DNA of 64,000 bases from the human T2T-CHM13v2.0 reference genome, Homo sapiens: assembly GCF_009914755.1 (NCBI RefSeq), contig NC_060926.1; one strand, given 5' to 3'. The notes beneath the pieces are model-generated. The model saw nothing but the letters and a program-made list of their open reading frames with translations. It searched no databases and was not told the DNA's origin. The translations under genes and the position numbers were made by a program. Of the stretch, positions 55,286 to 64,000 are shown one piece after another (the stretch's first letter is position 1; each line of letters begins with the position of its first letter).

Positions 55286-55799
55286 ATTGGAGGTTGAGTA
55301 AGAATGTCATTTACACCACCTGACAGCTCATCACTCAAGCAGCTGCCAGTGGTACCTAAAAACCTCATTAACTGCATAACAGAATCTCTCCTGGATCCAG
55401 TTTATGGGCTGAGTGAGGCCCAGGCCACCATGTTAGTTAAGCAGCTTGAAGAGAAAATGTACCTTCTTCTTTCCCCAAGCCGGAGTTTTATTACTCTCCT
55501 TTTTAAATGCATTATTCCTAGAAGATGCCTTAGCAAAGTTCAGACTTTCCTGAATCAAGTTAGTAAGAAGTTAACTAGGAGCTAATTAATAAGGCAGTTA
55601 GCTTTTCAACTTATCTCTCTTAGACTTTTAGCATTGTACATTTGTGCTTCTATAGGTCACTCATTGAAGCACATTGTACATTTGTGCTTCTATTGCTGTC
55701 ACTCTTTTGTCTAAAGATGGGAATATGAAAGAAGCTATGTTCATGAAGAACATCGTAGTAGATCCTTTAAATTTTAGCCTCCTTTTTGTCCAGGGTTAG

Positions 55800-57776
55800 A
55801 TTCCAGTGTGATCCATCATTCCTGTGCTTATCCCTTAGAATTTCTGGCCCTCTTTCCCTGCACTACACTTGCATGCAAATCCCCGATCATGATGAAACCC
55901 AACCCTCTTCACACCTGCAACTGAGCAGCTGAATGGGGCTGACTATAACCACACAGCCAGCCAGCAGGTCTGAATGAAAAATCCTGCCCACTTGTTTCAA
56001 GTGGTGCCTAAGCACTCCTGAACTCCCCTCATCCATTCACGTGCCCGCTCTGCTCTCCTTGACAGCTATTTTCACCCTCCTTGCCTCCAACCATCCTCTC
56101 AGCCAATGAACTTGCTTCTTATTCCAGTGAAAAGACAGAAGAAACCAGAAAAGAACTTCTGCAAGCTTCCACCAACAAATCTAGGAACTCACCTAAATCT
56201 AGACCTAGGTACTCTGCCTGTTCCTGCTTACCATGGAGGAATTGATCATATGCCTACTGTAGCCCACACTTCCACTTGGGCATTGGTCCTGTCCCCTCTT
56301 GCCTATTCAAGGGCTTCACACCAGCAGTTGTCCCCTCTTTTTCTCAAATCATAATTTCTCCCCTCTCTACAGGAGCAAGCAGACATAATGAAATATCTCC
56401 CAGTTTACAAAAAAGGAAGAGAAACCCTCTTGTTATTCATTCCCTGTGAACTACAGCCCCATTTGTCAGCTCTTCTTTATGGTAAAACTCCTCGAAATGG
56501 TGGTCTGTAGTCTCCATCTCCACTTTCTCTTTGAATCTCTTTTCAGTTCACTCCAACCTGACCTTCATTTGCATCTACGTCAACTTCTGTCAAGGTCCCC
56601 ATGCTTAGCCACATGCTCGGTTTCCAGCCCTCCTCCAACGCACCATCTCTTCCTTGAAACAGTTTCGTTCACCTAGCTTCCTGGGCACCACATCTCTTGG
56701 CTCTCCTCCTACCTCAGTGCTGCTTCCTAGCCTGCTTCCTCTTCATCAGTCCTACATGGAGGTTGATGGAGTGCCCTGGGCATGGTTCTCAGCTCTCAGC
56801 TCTTCCTCCCCTCCGAACCCGTTCCCTAGGACGTACTATGACTTTCAGTTGCTCGTGACCACTGGGTTTGGATTTGCAACACAGGCCTCTTACAGGAGTG
56901 GCAGGCTCCCACCAACTGCCCACTTCACAGCTGCCCTTGGCTCAAGGATCGTCTCAAAATTCCTAGATCCAAAAATAGAGTTCTGGAGCCAACGTGCCAT
57001 TTTCTACTTCTACATGGTAGTACTTTAAGCCAAAAAAATTTTGAGTTGTCCTTGGCTTCTCTTTTTCTCTCACATGTGACAATCAACCCATCGGCCAATT
57101 CTTCAAACTATGTCTAGAATCCAACCATTTTTCACCACCTCCAGCATAACCTCACCAGGAATACTGCAGTGGCCTCACTGGGCTCTGCTTCCCCTGTGCC
57201 CCTCTATCATCTTTCCCTACACAGCAGCCAGAGGAGGCTTTTACAAAAAGCCATGTCATTGGTATCAACCACTTCCATGCCTTAAGCCTCAAGATGGCTT
57301 TCCATCTGCTTACAGTCAAATCGGATCCTTTCCATGTCTCTGACCTCATCCTAAATTGCTGCATAGCAGCCCATGGGCCTCCTGTCCTTTCTCTAATATC
57401 TGCCTCAGGGCCTTTGCACTGTCTATATCCTCAGACTATAGTACTTTCTCCCCAGATATCTGCTGGCTTGCTCCCCTATCTCTTTCTAGTCTCCTATAAA
57501 TCAGACCCTCTCTAAATACTCTCCATAAAACAGCTTGGACTCCACCTCCCCACCACCCTTGATTCCCCTTAGCCTGTTTATTTTTCTTCACAGCACTGCT
57601 AGGAGCTTCACAGCTCCTGCTGACATATCATGTGCTTCTCTGTTTAGGGTCTGTTTCTTCTGCCTACAGGGGAGTGTGAACTCCTTGAGAGCAGTCCCTC
57701 TGTCTAATCGGTTCACTGCTATAGGAACAGTGACTGACACACAAAAGCCACCCTTTTAACATCCACTGCATGAATA
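55800..57776 (+). mobile_element. Long L2 (L2a-like) fragment, RT region to 3' end
   Basis: C/T-rich L2 pattern: actacagccccattt, aaaactcctcgaaa, tctagaatccaaccatttttcaccacc, ctcagggcctttgcactgt; ends tgactgacacacaa...gcatgaat. Confidence 0.8.
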
Positions 57777-57779
57777 CAA

Positions 57780-58425
57780 GAGTCTATTGATAATAGTGGA
57801 ATTCATAAACAACCCATATCCAACAGCAGAAAAAGGATGAAGTAAATTACATTTTGGCTCCTCAGTGGAATTTTAGAGTCAATAAAATAGATGAAATCAT
57901 TCATAGGTATTAGTTAAAGGACACAAACAATTTTCAAAAACGACTTTAAATTGTTAACAGATGCACAGGGCAAAAGTTTCACCCACCTAACAAACAAGAA
58001 AAAGCAAATTAAAAGAACTATGGGATATCACATTCCTGTTACTAAATTAGCACATGTTTCTCTTTAAGCATACACCACTAGATTCTGGAAAGGCTTTCCT
58101 GGGGTAAACTCTCTCCTAAGGGATGTAAATTTACACAACACCTTTGGAAAAAAAATCTAGACAAAAATACACCATATTACATCAAGATGTTCATTCTTTC
58201 TCATCTGGTATTTCTCCTGGGACTATCACATAAGAACATAATAAACACCATGAATATAAAAAAAAAAAAACAAAATAAGAAAGCCTACATACCTAATGGT
58301 TAAGAAGATAATGATGCCTCTACTCCATTAAGCATTATAAAGGCACTCAAATTATGTGTATTAAGAGTTTTATTGACTCGGAGAAATGTTTATACTATAA
58401 TCTGATACTAAGTTAAAAAAAAAAT
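57780..58425 (+). mobile_element. Very old L1ME fragments
   Basis: aaacaacccatatccaacagcagaaa, aagcaaattaaaagaactatgggatatca, ggatgtaaatttacacaacacctttggaaa. Confidence 0.55.
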
Positions 58426-59189
58426 CAGCCCTGGGAGGATGCCAGGTTATCCACATAGGAAGCAAAAGACATCACAGATTTCCTTTAGGAGCCTGGAGAA
58501 TTTGGACTCCTGCTCACAATTACTGACTCGATGTTTTCTGTTGTGTTTCCAATGGTCTAATTAAGTTTCTCTTCAGATAATGCTTTGGCCAAGCTCTTTT
58601 TTGTTACAAATACACAATATAAAGATTTCACTCTGCATTCCCCGTTACCATCCTTCTGCATCAGTACCACACACAATTAAGTTGATCATGTTAGAGGTTC
58701 TATGCTTAATTTTTACACGCTGAAGAATTATTAGGATTTTAATAAGTCACAGCACTTAACATCTATTAACGAGTATTGAAACTCATAAACTATTCAATTT
58801 TCTACCACAGTGTAGCCATTTTTCCCATTAAAAAGCAAGAACAACAGAAATCAAGTCAAAGAACAACAGAAAAGTGCTATTGACAGGAAAAGCCTCACCT
58901 AGACCACATCTCGCTTTTTAGAATTGATGCAGATAGCTGTGTGAAATGTTGGAATCAGTAGTGTTTGGCAGGGGAGAAGTGACAAAGAGGACTTCTTCTA
59001 AGTGTCCTCATTCTCCAGAATCCAGGAAGGGTTGAGGCTAACAATTGAGTTGCCAGTTAACCCCATGGGACCCCAAAATCACAAATACTAAATCTGAGGC
59101 TCTGTTCTCTGTTGCATACATGTGCACCTGCACACACACACCCCAGCTTCAGTTCACCCAAAGAAGTAAATTACCTACTGATTGTTTTT

Positions 59190-60075
59190 AAAGCAATTTA
59201 AAAATTTTGAAATAGTTATAGATTCAAGTTCAGAATAACACAGAGACACCTTTATCCAGTTTTCTCCTATGGTAATGTTTTGCAATACTAAAGCACAATA
59301 CCATAACCAGGATATTCACATTGATAAAAATCCACTGATTTTAGATTGCTCCAGTTTTACTGGTACTTGTGTGTGTGTGTGCGTGTGTGCGTGTGTGCAT
59401 GCACGTGAGTGCATGTGTGTATTCTACTCAATTTTATCACATGTGTAAGGCTGTGTGTGTGTATGCACATACCACAGTTAAAATACAGAACAGTTCCCTC
59501 AACACTGGGATCCCCCTGTTGATGTTTTATAGCCACACACTTCCTTCCCCAGACTCCTGTCTGTCCCTAGTCCCTGGCAACCACTCATCTGTTTTCCACT
59601 TCTATAATTTTTACTTCTATTAAATTACATAAATTGAATTATGTAACATGTACCTTTGTGGAACATCTTGTCATATGCTTATTCGCCATCTGAATATTTC
59701 CTTTGGTTAGGTGTCTGTTTGGGCCTTTTGCCCATTTTTAAATTGAGTTGTGTGTTTTTTCGCTGTTGAGTTTTAGGAGTTCTTTGCATGTTTTTGATAA
59801 CAGTCCTTTATCAGATGTGTCTCTTGCAACTGTTTTTTCCATTCTGTGGCTTGTCTTCTCATTCTCTTGATTCTATTGAGTTTTAAGATACTACCACCTT
59901 CATTGGATATGTGGCTTGGAAATATTTCCTCCCTGTCTGTAGCTTGCCTTTATATCTTCTTCATAGAATTTTTCATAGAGGAGTTTTTAATTTTGATGAG
60001 GTCCAAATTATCAATTGAATTGTGGTTTTGTGTCAAGCCTAAGAATTGTTTGCCTGGCCCTAAGTCCCAAAGAAT
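59190..60075 (-). mobile_element. L1M fragments (L1MC-type 3' UTR plus ORF2 end) with a (TG/CG)n tract
   Basis: ggtaatgttttgcaatactaaagcacaataccataaccaggatatt; ctttggttaggtgtctgtttgggccttttgccc; acagtcctttatcagatg. Confidence 0.8.
59368..59420. repeat. Alternating purine-pyrimidine (TG/CG/CA) tract
   Basis: gtgtgtgtgtgtgcgtgtgtgcgtgtgtgcatgcacgtg. Confidence 0.9.
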
Positions 60076-60789
60076 TTCTCTTTAATGTAAAAGGTAACCA
60101 AAGGAGTGCTCTGAAAGGTGAAAAGAGGAAGGTGAACTGATTGGAAACTAAGGAGTGGAGGAACACCTTGGCAGCATGGCTATGCTGTGTGTACAACCTT
60201 CCACCCACTTGAAGAAAGAGACTCACATCTGTGATTCCCAACACCGAAGTTGCAATAGGAAGTGGCCCAGGAAGGCTCATTCCTCTGCTGGATGAAACAA
60301 GAGTTCCCTGGACAATGCCAAGAGAGACGGGTCGCGAGATCCACTGGCAAAAATCTATAAGGGAAGTACTCTCTTTCCCTGCAGGCTTGAGACCTTTCTC
60401 CTCCACTGAGAGACACCAGAAGCTGGGCAGTACTGGCAAGGAGGGTTTTGCCATGGGAAGCTCCGTCTTCTCTGTCTTCTAGTCTCCATGGATGTGAGAT
60501 TCCTCTCTCCCACCCAGACACATGGGTGGCAGGGGGGCCCCAGCAAGAGGGATCCTGCCCAGGAAGCGCTCTTTATTTCCAAGGCATAGAAGGGTCCCTT
60601 TCCACCTTTAGAGGCACCAGCCTAGGGAAATTCTTCATGTCCCCTCAGGTAGCACCAGGAGGGTCCAGTGGGAGCCTCAGCAGCTCCAGAAAAACCAGGA
60701 AGGCCACAGTAGTACCACAAAGGCTGTGAAAATGAAATTAGCATTGCACTCACAGCTCACAAAACTAGCATGCACACAGAACCTAAAAA

Positions 60790-63330
<2,541 letters not shown>

Positions 63331-63639
63331 GTGTAAAAATGCCACCACAGTTTAAAAGCAGCCCTTGAAAATAAAAGTTTTTATAATGTGGACCTATAAA
63401 ATAATTTAAATATGTTTTATTGTGTGATTTAAATATTGGATTGTCAATACACAGCTTGTCATCTTTTAAATCAAAATTGTAGAATGCTGCTTTGACTTCC
63501 ACAGTTTTAAGAGGTTATAGAATACTACATATTCCTTTATAAAAATGGCATAATTTATTGAGAAGAGCCTATCTCTTATTTCACATATCCCAGGGACTGT
63601 GGTGGCAGGCAGGGAGCATGTGGTTGGGGTATAGGCCAT

Positions 63640-64000
63640 GTTGCTCCTTTTCCTCTGCTCAGCTTTTAAAAGTCAGGGCCTTCCTCTTCTCCATTCACAC
63701 TCTCTCCCCAAGGTCTCCTCCAGTTCCACAGCTTTAAATGCTGCCATGTGTCAACAAGTCTCCATTAGATGACTTTGGCTCTGGACTCCAGAGGCACTCA
63801 TCCAACTGCAAGCTTGATGTGTCCTCCTGGATGGGCATCTCGCCCACCCACAGCAGGGCTCTCCATTTCTCCTCAAACCTGTATCTCCCTCATTCAGCCA
63901 GTCATTCAAGCTAGAATCCTGGCAGCCATCCTAGATTCCTCCTGTTTCCTTACATCCGTTTCATATCCATAACACACATCAGCAAGCTCTGTGGCCCCCA
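63640..64000 (+). mobile_element. L2 fragment
   Basis: ctcttctccattcacactctctccc...ctttaaatg...actcatccaactgc...cattcaagctagaatcctggcagccatcctagattcctcc. Confidence 0.7.

Overview
This window is primate genomic DNA, very probably human: it carries AluJ, AluS and AluY copies, so it is at least catarrhine. It looks intergenic or deep-intronic. I find no credible protein-coding gene, tRNA/rRNA gene or CRISPR array. The listed ORFs are all <=169 aa and are Alu/L1/LTR read-throughs or chance frames. Roughly half the window is recognisable interspersed repeat: about 20 Alus, old L1M and L2 pieces, MIRs, MaLR/ERVL/ERV1 LTRs, and hAT and Tc1/mariner fossils. The most structured object is a decayed ERV-L provirus (~8.7-13.2 kb: gag, protease, RT start, dUTPase, PPT, LTR33-like 3' LTR). 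It has an ancient ~175-bp inverted duplication inside gag, a motif-rich MER41 LTR splitting the protease, and a tail-less AluY at its missing 5' end. The repeat-free stretches hold several enhancer-like candidates: a GATA cluster at ~39.7-40.1 kb, a MEF2 site at ~30.3 kb, a CpG-retaining block at ~16 kb and a duplicated GATA/NKX unit at ~36.9 kb. Repeat subfamily names come from my recollection of consensus sequences, and many boundaries are approximate. I cannot identify the locus and I see no convincing novel biological system.
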